Assembly: GCA_045105515.1 (NCBI GenBank)
Contig: JBGCDR010000345.1
Span: 1-10,108 of the forward strand
Direction: 5' to 3'
Source: Oligoflexales bacterium
Lineage (GTDB): Bacteria > Bdellovibrionota_B > Oligoflexia > Oligoflexales > Bog-1112
Length of the DNA stretch: 10,108 nucleotides
Under the pieces are notes generated by a model, which saw only the letters and a list, made by a program, of their open reading frames with translations, searched no databases and was not told where the DNA came from. The position numbers were made by a program, and so were the translations under genes. Positions 1 through 7,458 of the stretch are shown here, piece after piece (positions within the stretch are counted from its first letter, which is position 1; the number at the start of each line of letters is the position of its first letter).

Positions 1-93
1 GCAGCTTCTTCAAAGTTAAGAGTCAGAATTGATAAGCTTCGTGATGAAATAGGTTACGCAGCAGCAGGTCTTTGGAACTATAAAATAACATAA
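1..93 (+). CDS. 3' end of an upstream CDS (partial; ...AASSKLRVRIDKLRDEIGYAAAGLWNYKIT*), function unknown
   Basis: Frame 1 is open from base 1 to TAA at 91-93 with protein-like composition, followed by an intergenic region. Too short to assign a family. Confidence 0.5.
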   Translation, partial: AASSKLRVRIDKLRDEIGYAAAGLWNYKIT

Positions 94-331
94 ATTAAGC
101 TACCAAAGGGTTTTATCAATTGTTAGACAACTCTAATGATGAGGAGACCTCTCCATTGCAGTCGAGGTGAGCAAGGTAATGATATCCCCAACATAAACAA
201 ACTAGTGGGTAATGCTAAGAATATATATCATAAATAAAACAAAATTAGAGTATTATCAAATGTTTGCAATAGCCCTAAGTAAATCATATAATATGGAAGT
301 ATCTAATCCTCTCGTTTAAAAAGTTGTTTTT

Positions 332-1093
332 ATGAAACATGCTGAAAACGAAATCCTTGAGCTATTCATTAGTGAGTCTTCAGACCTACTTAAGTCATGG
401 GAATCTTTTAGTTTAGAACTTGAGCGCAATCAAGAGGCTGGCATTTTGGGAGAGCTTTTTCGTATTGCTCATAGCTTAAAGGGCTTTAGTTTAAATGCAG
501 GACTTAAAGAAATTTCGAAACTGGTACATCAAGTTGAAGAATTTGTTTTAGCTCTTAGAGACCAAAAGATTTCTTGTGATCTTCAAGCTGTTGATATTTT
601 GTTAGACTTTAAAGATCTACTTGATAACTGGATTTATGAAATAAGATACGATAAAAATTACGTGAGTGATTACAAAGTACTGAGTAATAGAATTAGTGAT
701 ATTTTGCAAGAAGCTTCTGAGTCCAATGTGGTAGAGAAATCTGCTCCGGCTATTCTCCTTGTAGATAGAAAAGATCAATTCACTCAGCTGGTAAAGTGCT
801 TGCTTGATTACAAATACGAAGTGATTTTGAGTCATAGCAATAGTGAAGCGGAAAAAGCATTCAATGAGAATGATCCTGTTTTAGTAGTGGTAGAAGTCCG
901 AGCTGCAAATATCAATGGGATTCAGTTTATTCAAGAAATTAGAAAGACTTCGAGTATTCCCATCGTTGCTTATTCGAAATTATTTGCAAACGAGTTTCCC
1001 AAAGCAAGAGCTGCAGGAGCAAATACCACTTTGCAAAAAGATGACAATGTTAGTCAAATTACCATAGCAGTAGAGAAGTTGTTGAAGTCTTAA
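332..1093 (+). CDS. Hpt (CheA P1-like) domain fused to an atypical C-terminal receiver domain
   Basis: N-terminus has F..ES.DLL and ELFRIAHSLKG (His47, codon 470-472) followed by LVHQVEE, matching CheA P1/Hpt. C-terminus has a receiver layout: ILLVD, PVLVVVEV, INGIQFIQEIR, IPIVAYS, AGANTTLQK. No kinase or CheW domains. Confidence 0.85.
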   Translation: MKHAENEILELFISESSDLLKSWESFSLELERNQEAGILGELFRIAHSLKGFSLNAGLKEISKLVHQVEEFVLALRDQKISCDLQAVDILLDFKDLLDNWIYEIRYDKNYVSDYKVLSNRISDILQEASESNVVEKSAPAILLVDRKDQFTQLVKCLLDYKYEVILSHSNSEAEKAFNENDPVLVVVEVRAANINGIQFIQEIRKTSSIPIVAYSKLFANEFPKARAAGANTTLQKDDNVSQITIAVEKLLKS

Positions 1094-1124
1094 TAATCAC
1101 CAAGTATTTCTGAGGCTCGGATTT

Positions 1125-1496
1125 ATGAAAAGTAATAAAATGATTCGGGTTAAATTCATTCTGTCGAGAGATGATGAGGAAGCCATTTGGCAGTTTATCA
1201 ATGAATCCTTGCGTAATAAGAATTCTAGAATTAAGTCTTCTCACGCAGCAAACAAAAGTGATGGCCGCGAGGATGTGAGGGTTGCCCTTAATCACGAAGT
1301 TATCACCATTATTTCCATACAAGCGACCAGAAAATTGCCCCAGCAAACAATCAAGGGAAATCTGATTGATTTTTCTTTAGGAGGTGCGGCTATTGGAATC
1401 GGGCCCGATGAAGTTGTTCTACCTAATAGTAAAGGACTCGTCAGTCTAGATTTTCTTAGACCTAGCAGAAAAATTAAGATCGAAGTTCTAGCTTAG
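1125..1496 (+). CDS. PilZ domain-containing protein (candidate c-di-GMP receptor), apparently short at the C-terminus
   Basis: RxxxR motif (REDVR) and DxSxGG motif (DFSLGGA) with PilZ-like spacing. GAGG lies upstream of the ATG, and the gene starts 31 bp after the Hpt-receiver gene, so it is probably co-transcribed. Confidence 0.7.
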   Translation: MKSNKMIRVKFILSRDDEEAIWQFINESLRNKNSRIKSSHAANKSDGREDVRVALNHEVITIISIQATRKLPQQTIKGNLIDFSLGGAAIGIGPDEVVLPNSKGLVSLDFLRPSRKIKIEVLA

Positions 1497-1532
1497 GCTT
1501 CTTCTTTCGACTATATAAATTAGGATTTTTCA

Positions 1533-1781
1533 CTATCTCGATACCATAGTACTATGCAGAGCGTCTTCAAAATCTTGACTCTCGGCAAAACACAACTTTA
1601 AAACTTTTTCAATAAAGCTCTCTTGAGGTGTGAAATGGTTAGAACTTGGCTGCACTTTACTTTCATAAAAAATTACCTTGAAATTTTCTTCCAAACGTTT
1701 ATCAGCTGTTTGAGTCTGAGCTGATAATTGAGATGTAAGCAAATATCCGAATATCATGACCATGAAAACTAGCCTTGACAT
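1533..1781 (-). CDS. Small putative secreted protein (82 aa, MSRLVFMVMIFGYLLTSQLSA-QTQ...)
   Basis: Start re-assigned from 1913 to the ATG at 1781, which has an AAGGGG Shine-Dalgarno (AAGGGGATTTTATG on the minus strand). This removes the overlap with the LRR gene and gives a Sec-type signal peptide ending LSA. Confidence 0.6.
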   Translation of the reverse strand: MSRLVFMVMIFGYLLTSQLSAQTQTADKRLEENFKVIFYESKVQPSSNHFTPQESFIEKVLKLCFAESQDFEDALHSTMVSR

Positions 1782-1804
1782 AAAATCCCCTTGTAACGAA
1801 TTCT

Positions 1805-1837
1805 TTAACGGGCTGACGAAACTGTCCAGCCAGTCAA
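1805..1837 (-). other. Intergenic stem-loop between the LRR gene and the small secreted-protein gene
   Basis: Minus strand reads TTGAC-T-GGCT-G-GAC-AGTTTC-GTC-AGCC-C-GTTAA, about 12 pairs including one G-U. It is GC-rich against an AT-rich background and has no downstream U-tract. Confidence 0.4.
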
Positions 1838-1872
1838 CAATACGAAAATATTTGCGGTAATCAAGAAGTTTT

Positions 1873-2718
1873 TTAATTGCTAGTCTTATTTCCTTCAATA
1901 AGTAGCAGTTCAAAGTGGGGACGCTGTACTTCTAACGGACTAAAATCAGATATTTTATTGCCTCGCAGCCAAAGTCGTTTGAGTGCTTTGAGTTGTCCTA
2001 ATGGCCTGACATTTGATATCTGATTATGGTTTAAGTTGAGGGCCTTCAATTCTGCTAATCCAATCAAAGGAGAAATATCTTTGATATGGTTGCTATACAT
2101 TTTTAGCTCGATTAACTTGCTTAAGTCTTTGATTGGGCTAAGATCCTCAATGCTATTTCCAGAAAGGTCGAGGAATTTAAGGTTTTTGAGAGACTTAAGA
2201 GCTTGTATATTGCTTACGCAATTCCGGTTCACATGCAATTCTTCAAGTTGGTTTAGGGTTTTTAATGGAGATAAATCTGCAATCTGGTTGTAGCCAAGCA
2301 GCCCACCTAGATTTAATTTCTTTAAACTAGTAATTTTAGAAATTGGTTTAATATCTGAAATGCTATTTCCCCCTAAACTTAGTTCTTGGAGTTGGGTAAA
2401 ACTCGCTAGAGGCTCGATGCTGGTGATGTTAGAAAAGCGTAAAACTAAGAACTTTTTTTTCTTCAACTCTTTGAATGCTTCCAGGCAATCATTTTTATTC
2501 ACAACATCTTTTAATTTTTTAACGATATTGGTGATACGAGCGGGAGCCGACTTGTCTCTACATGCATAGACAAAATCGTAATAAGCGGTGACAGAATTGC
2601 TTGGTTTTAAATTTTGGATTTTTTTACAGCTTTGGCGTGATTCAGCAAATAAAGTTTGATGCCATAAAATGATTAGAGTCAGAATAGAAAATATAATATT
2701 TTTTGTGTATGTGTCCAT
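1873..2718 (-). CDS. Secreted internalin-like leucine-rich repeat protein (about 8 x 22-aa repeats, Cys-containing N-cap)
   Basis: Hydrophobic N-terminal signal (IIFSILTLIILWHQTLFA), cap C-x24-C, then repeats of LxxLxLxxNxIxDxxPL such as QLQELSLGGNSISDIKPI and NLKFLDLSGNSIEDLSPI. Confidence 0.9.
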   Translation of the reverse strand: MDTYTKNIIFSILTLIILWHQTLFAESRQSCKKIQNLKPSNSVTAYYDFVYACRDKSAPARITNIVKKLKDVVNKNDCLEAFKELKKKKFLVLRFSNITSIEPLASFTQLQELSLGGNSISDIKPISKITSLKKLNLGGLLGYNQIADLSPLKTLNQLEELHVNRNCVSNIQALKSLKNLKFLDLSGNSIEDLSPIKDLSKLIELKMYSNHIKDISPLIGLAELKALNLNHNQISNVRPLGQLKALKRLWLRGNKISDFSPLEVQRPHFELLLIEGNKTSN

Positions 2719-3019
2719 TTATCTGCCATTTTTGATGAGAAAAAATTAACTTATTATTTTAAAATAATTTTAGTGGAAGCTAAGCAGTTTTTTATCGAAG
2801 CTTTCACAGTTGGTGAATATTCGTGGGATTCTAGCACTAATTATAAAAAAAATCAAATTATTAAAAATAATCAAGTAAATATAGGTTATTAAGAGAGTCT
2901 AAACCGAACAAATTAGGAGAAAGTCTGAAGGTTTTGCTATGATTTCTCACTCAAATGAGTGGAAAGCCATTCAAATTTTTTTACAATACTTCCTTAATAT
3001 TAGGTAGATATAGTGAAAA

Positions 3020-3886
3020 TTACTCTGATTTAGACAAGAATAAAGGAGCTCTTTCCTTAATGTGCCGGATGATTTCTTTTTGTATAGGAGAGTAAAATGG
3101 TTGAGAAAAATAGTTTAAATAAACTTCTAATAGGTAAGCATTGAATCCTTTTACGATTTGTATTCTATCATTGCTCTGCAACAGATGAGCCGGCATAACT
3201 GCTCTTCCTAAACCTTTTTCTACGCCATCAATGATGCCATAGCAGTCCCCCAAAAATATGCGTTGGTATTTTGGTGTTAACTGAGGTTGAGATCTGAAAA
3301 ATGCTTCAGTAGCAATATCCTCTGGCGAATTGTCTATGTATACATTTGGATTTGTTTCACAGGTATTGCTTTCAATAACCACATAAGATTCATAGCCAAT
3401 AATCTCAGATTTAATTGACGCTTTGCCGATGAGCATGTCAGTTAATGCAAACTCTACTTGTCCATTCTGTAACAGCCCACCAACTTGTTTATTATTTTTA
3501 AGAATCAACTCACATTCTATCATTGTATTTTCTTTCAGGAAGGGAGCTAATGTGGGGATTACTACAGATCTTAGTACTGACGAGTAAGCACTGATTCTTA
3601 CGTATCCTGCGAGTTGTCCTGTAACCTGGGTTGATAGATTTCTAAAAAGCTGTTCTTCTAAGTTGGTTCTTGATTTGCTAAATACAAGTAGGATTTCTCC
3701 CGCATCTGTAAGCTTTATTCCAGAAGGGTTTCTGTAAAAAAGAGCTAAACCTAGAGAATCTTCTAAGTTGCGGATCCGGTGAGAAATTGCAGATTGAGTT
3801 ATGTGAAGTTTTTTAGCCCCTTTGGAAAAGCTTAGAGATTGGGCGACTGCAAGAAAGGCTTCAAGTTGACTCGATTGTAACCTCAT
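3020..3886 (-). CDS. LysR-family transcriptional regulator
   Basis: Canonical N-terminal HTH (QLEAFLAVAQSLSFSKGAKKLHITQSAISHRIRNLEDSLGLALFYR...LTDAG), 288 aa, transcribed divergently from the permease gene. Confidence 0.95.
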   Translation of the reverse strand: MRLQSSQLEAFLAVAQSLSFSKGAKKLHITQSAISHRIRNLEDSLGLALFYRNPSGIKLTDAGEILLVFSKSRTNLEEQLFRNLSTQVTGQLAGYVRISAYSSVLRSVVIPTLAPFLKENTMIECELILKNNKQVGGLLQNGQVEFALTDMLIGKASIKSEIIGYESYVVIESNTCETNPNVYIDNSPEDIATEAFFRSQPQLTPKYQRIFLGDCYGIIDGVEKGLGRAVMPAHLLQSNDRIQIVKGFNAYLLEVYLNYFSQPFYSPIQKEIIRHIKERAPLFLSKSE

Positions 3887-4040
3887 AGGGTCCTATCAAA
3901 AATAATATAGCTTTTAATAAATCTATTAATTTGTAATATATCTGATAATCTGATGGTTAACAAGGACCGTAGATTAAAATTTTGATCTTAAGAAAATCAT
4001 CAATTGATGTCAATCAAATTAGCTTGGGAGTCAAAAACTC

Positions 4041-5267
4041 GTGGCATCTATATTCAGTTCTTCCTTTGCAAAAACTATTGCGTCCATTTTTTTGATTACG
4101 GGCACTTGTGTAGGAGGAGGAATGCTAGCCCTTCCAGTAGCGGGAGGACGAATTGGATTTTTTCCAGCAGCGTTTGTTTTAACGTTAGCCTATATTTTTA
4201 TGTCCATTACTGGATTACTCTATCTCGAAATAGCAGCAATAATAAAAGATGAATCCCATATTATAACTATGGCTCATCGATTCTTAGGTGATGGAGGTAA
4301 ATCTTTATGTTGGGTTATCTATTTGTTTATTGGTTATGCTTCTCTAGTCGCTTATCTTTCTGAAGGTGGGAAAATCCTTATACACAACATAAATGAATTG
4401 GGTCCTTTTTTCGTACCCTCAGCATTCGGTAGTATCGTTTACGCTAGTTTATTTACAGTACTTGCAATTTGTGGCGCAAGTATGGTGAATAAGGTAAATA
4501 GTTTGTTGTTTGCTTTGATGGTTTTCGCATTTATTGCATTGGTTACTTTAGGTGCCGGAGAGTATGATTCTTCTTTGATTTTGCGGCAGCATTGGGATGG
4601 AATAACTTTGATATCTTTGTTTCCATTGATGTTGACAACTTTTAGCTATCCAGGAATTGTTCCCGTAATATATGCAAGCCTTGGAAAAAATATTAGACAA
4701 GTTAGAATGGTTGTTCTTTGGGGCACCACTTTGACTTATTCCATTTACCTAGTCTGGTTGTGGGTTGTGCTCGGTTCTGTGCCCTTTGTGAGCTTGGAAT
4801 ACGCTTACCAGCATGACCACTCTGCAGCACTGCTCTTGAGAGATGCTGTCCAATCTCCAATTGTTGGTCGTTTAGGGGAGGTTTTTGGTTTTCTAGCATT
4901 AAGCACATCTATGATAGGAGTAGGATGGGCTTTGGTGCATTTCTTAGCTGATGGATTGAAAATTAGTAAATGCCGACGAGGTCTATTTAAATTAATTGCG
5001 ATCATTGTAATCCCCAGCTTAGTTTTCTTATTTTTATTCCAAAAGGTTTTTTTTGCAGCTCTTGAGCTATCAGGTGGGCTTGGAGATGCTCTTATCAGTG
5101 GCTTGATTCCGGCTTGGATGCTTTGGATGGCGCGATACAAAATGAAATTAAAAGCTCCTTATCAAGTGATAGGCGGACCTATAATCCTTGCCCTTGTCAT
5201 AATAGTCAGTATTCTTACATGCAGTTATGAACTGCTGCATAGACTGGCAGGATCTGTGCTCAATTAA
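4041..5267 (+). CDS. Aromatic amino acid permease (HAAAP family, TyrP/Mtr/TnaB-like)
   Basis: TM1 motif LITGTCVGGGMLALP, TGLLYLE, YASLVAYLSEGG, PLMLTTFSY and ALSTSMIGV; about 11 hydrophobic segments; 408 aa. GTG start with GGGAG upstream. Exact substrate cannot be determined from the sequence. Confidence 0.9.
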   Translation: MASIFSSSFAKTIASIFLITGTCVGGGMLALPVAGGRIGFFPAAFVLTLAYIFMSITGLLYLEIAAIIKDESHIITMAHRFLGDGGKSLCWVIYLFIGYASLVAYLSEGGKILIHNINELGPFFVPSAFGSIVYASLFTVLAICGASMVNKVNSLLFALMVFAFIALVTLGAGEYDSSLILRQHWDGITLISLFPLMLTTFSYPGIVPVIYASLGKNIRQVRMVVLWGTTLTYSIYLVWLWVVLGSVPFVSLEYAYQHDHSAALLLRDAVQSPIVGRLGEVFGFLALSTSMIGVGWALVHFLADGLKISKCRRGLFKLIAIIVIPSLVFLFLFQKVFFAALELSGGLGDALISGLIPAWMLWMARYKMKLKAPYQVIGGPIILALVIIVSILTCSYELLHRLAGSVLN

Positions 5268-5285
5268 TCTTGGGGGCCCTAAACA

Positions 5286-5846
5286 TTGAATGCGCCTAGA
5301 AAAACCTATTGGAACTCAGCACTAATAGGAGGAACTTTCCTAATTTTGGTTTCGGCTTTGATTGCGTACTTTTTTCCAAATGTAAGCTTTCTTAGCCCTC
5401 AATCTCAGGAATCTGACAATGAAAAAAGTTCGCATATCCAGCTTGGTATTGGTGGAGATGAAAGTAATGTAGTTATGACGGTAGGTTGGAGGCTTTTGCA
5501 AACGCTGGATTACCAAAACCTTAGTATTCCCAGTGAATTACAAAAAGCGGTCAATAGGCCTGTTCGAATTCCTGGATTTGCTGTACCACTGAGTGATGGC
5601 TTAAGCAGTATCAAAGAATTTTTATTGGTTCCAAACCAGATGGCCTGCATTCATGTGCCAGCCCCACCTCCAAATCTAGTAGTTTTAGTTGAACTTGAAA
5701 AGGGCAGGTCGATTAGAGAGCTTTGGGGGCCACTTTGGATTGAAGGAGTTCTGGAGGTTAAGAAGAGTAAGAGTACCTATGGGGCTGCCGCATACGAGAT
5801 GAAAGCCTATAGTGTTGAGCCTTATTCTGTGCCCAAGCGAAACTAA
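5286..5846 (+). CDS. DUF3299 domain-containing membrane-anchored protein
   Basis: N-terminal TM helix, then the signature VRIPGFAVPL...EFLLVP...ACIHVPAPPPN.VV.V...P.WIEG.L...Y.M.A..VEPY. TTG start 18 bp after the permease stop, with GGGGG upstream. Confidence 0.85.
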   Translation: MNAPRKTYWNSALIGGTFLILVSALIAYFFPNVSFLSPQSQESDNEKSSHIQLGIGGDESNVVMTVGWRLLQTLDYQNLSIPSELQKAVNRPVRIPGFAVPLSDGLSSIKEFLLVPNQMACIHVPAPPPNLVVLVELEKGRSIRELWGPLWIEGVLEVKKSKSTYGAAAYEMKAYSVEPYSVPKRN

Positions 5847-6236
5847 GGGAACTCTTTCGAGGTATCTATTTTAAGAGTTTATCCTTAAATCCGAATTTAT
5901 CATTTTCCATGTATCTAAGTCATCCTAAGAACTTATGCAACTTAGCTTTAGCATAGGTGTCATTCCAGGTGATCAAGGTATTGATATTTTTAAATAATAT
6001 GTTCCGAAATCCCTTCGGCACTAGGCGGGCCAGCATGTTAGGCTTCCTGATTTTTAGAAAAATTTGTTTGGTATAGACTTTAAGCATAGCGGTATCAGCT
6101 CTCAAGGACTGCTTGCCTAAACCTAAGGGGGTATTACTCGCAGCTATTTTATCCATAAAATTCGTTGCACATTGCCACGAAAGCAATCATAACGTTTTTA
6201 TCAGCTTAAACTTTTTGCTTTCCTTAAGGAAGATTT

Positions 6237-7442
6237 ATGTCCCCTGAAAATCCAGATTTATTGTTCCAGCGCAACACCTTAAAAAAAGAATCTCCCAGGA
6301 AGTACCCCCTTTTTTCTGCTAAGGAAGCTGCAAGGGTTGTCAATTTTCACAAGAGCATGCCAATTTACCGCGAAACCCCCATTCACGAAATGGAGCAGTT
6401 AGCAGTATATCTGGAAATCGATAAGCTATGGATTAAGGATGAATCTAAGCGATTTGACTTAAGTGCATACCATTTTTTAGGTGCTAGCTATGGTTTGGCG
6501 AAATGGATTGCATTGAAGGGCAGACAAAATAACGACACGATCAGCTTTGATCGCATGGCTTGGCTTTTGCGCAGCATGAAGGATTTTGTGATTGTTGCTG
6601 CCGCTGATGCAAACCATGGTTACGGAGTAGCATATCTGGCTAAACTTTGTGGTTGTAAGGCTAAGATCTTTCTTTCGCAAGATGTGAGCGAATCGAAATT
6701 AGAGCGCATCCGTAAAGTTGGCGGAGACGTGGAACTTTTAGACTTGAGCTACGACCAAACAATTATTCATGCAAAAGAGCAAGCAAGTAAGAATGGATGG
6801 TTGCTGCTGCAAAATACCACAGTTGAAGCTGATGAATCTCTTATTACCTACATTATGCAGGGTTACCTAACCTTAGCCTGCGAAGCTTACGAACAGCTGG
6901 GAGAGCAGAGGCCAACCCACATCATTTTACAGGCTGGGATAGGCTCTATGGCGGCAGCCTTACAGGCATATCTTTGTAACCGCTTTGGGGCAAATGCACC
7001 TATTATAATCATTGTGGAACCTAGAGCTGCAGACTGTTTTTATGGCTCTCATGAACTACAAAATGGTCAGTCCAGTAATAAATTAGATGATAACCCAATC
7101 GATACGGTTATGACCGGTTTGAATAATGGAATCCCTTCTAGGTTGGCATGGCCAATTTTAAGGGATGAGTCTTATGCATTTATCAGTTGTCGTGACAAGG
7201 TTTCATATTTAGGGATGCGAGTCCTTAACTCACCTTTGCAAGGAGACCCACGTTTGCTTGCAAGTGAAGCTGGTGCGTTGAGTCTAGGGAGTTTATTTAA
7301 AATATGTAACGAAGAACTTCGTAAAGATATTAAAGACCAAGTATCTCTCGATGAAAACTCTCGTGTTTTATTAGTTTTAACCGAGGGTCCATCTGATATG
7401 CAACGTTTTCAAAAAGGCATTTGGGAAGATGTATTTACATAG
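6237..7442 (+). CDS. Diaminopropionate ammonia-lyase (DpaL/YgeX)-like fold-type II PLP protein lacking the Schiff-base lysine
   Basis: FH.SMP.Y.ETP, KDESKRF.L.A, D.NHG.GVA, IMQGY.TL..EA.EQL, PTHIILQAGIGSMA, GMRVL..PL.GDP and VLLVLTEG are all collinear with DpaL. AAGGAAG RBS. The AFK motif reads AYH. Confidence 0.88.
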   Translation: MSPENPDLLFQRNTLKKESPRKYPLFSAKEAARVVNFHKSMPIYRETPIHEMEQLAVYLEIDKLWIKDESKRFDLSAYHFLGASYGLAKWIALKGRQNNDTISFDRMAWLLRSMKDFVIVAAADANHGYGVAYLAKLCGCKAKIFLSQDVSESKLERIRKVGGDVELLDLSYDQTIIHAKEQASKNGWLLLQNTTVEADESLITYIMQGYLTLACEAYEQLGEQRPTHIILQAGIGSMAAALQAYLCNRFGANAPIIIIVEPRAADCFYGSHELQNGQSSNKLDDNPIDTVMTGLNNGIPSRLAWPILRDESYAFISCRDKVSYLGMRVLNSPLQGDPRLLASEAGALSLGSLFKICNEELRKDIKDQVSLDENSRVLLVLTEGPSDMQRFQKGIWEDVFT

Positions 7443-7458
7443 GCCTGTAAAAGAAATA

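Noticed and set aside
94..331. Possible riboswitch or ncRNA upstream of the Hpt-receiver gene (short stems TTAGA/TCTAA at 123-136 and ACCTC/GAGGT at 147-168)
   Set aside because: Only 5-bp stems, with no recognisable SAM-I, c-di-GMP-I/II or hammerhead core. It cannot be supported without a covariance search.
332..1093. Calling the gene cheA
   Set aside because: Only the P1/Hpt domain is present; there are no dimerization, HATPase or CheW domains.
617..1346. Minus-strand ORFs 617-835 and 1059-1346
   Set aside because: They are antisense shadows of well-supported plus-strand genes and have no motifs.
1782..1913. N-terminal extension of the 1533-1913 ORF
   Set aside because: It overlaps the LRR gene, whereas the internal ATG at 1781 has a strong RBS and yields a signal peptide.
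1873..2460. 66-bp periodicity as a CRISPR array or DNA tandem repeat (also at about 8460-8960)
   Set aside because: The periodicity is explained by 22-aa LRR coding repeats; there are no identical repeats with unique spacers and no cas genes.
2036..2569. Plus-strand ORFs 2036-2293 and 2360-2569
   Set aside because: They are antisense to the LRR gene, and their open frames reflect its repeat codon structure.
4004..5140. ORFs 4004-4252 (+), 4702-4908 (-) and 4805-5140 (-), including 4004-4252 as a possible attenuator leader
   Set aside because: All overlap the permease CDS extensively. There is no short Trp/Tyr/Phe-rich leader peptide or terminator/antiterminator in the spacer.
6160..6190. 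Sigma-54 promoter (TGGCA/TTGC-like words)
   Set aside because: The required GG-N10-GC spacing is not met on either strand.
6237..7442. Assigning the symbol dpaL, or calling it a pseudogene
   Set aside because: The catalytic Lys is absent, so the function cannot be transferred. The frame is full length with no stops or frameshifts, so pseudogene status is also unsupported.
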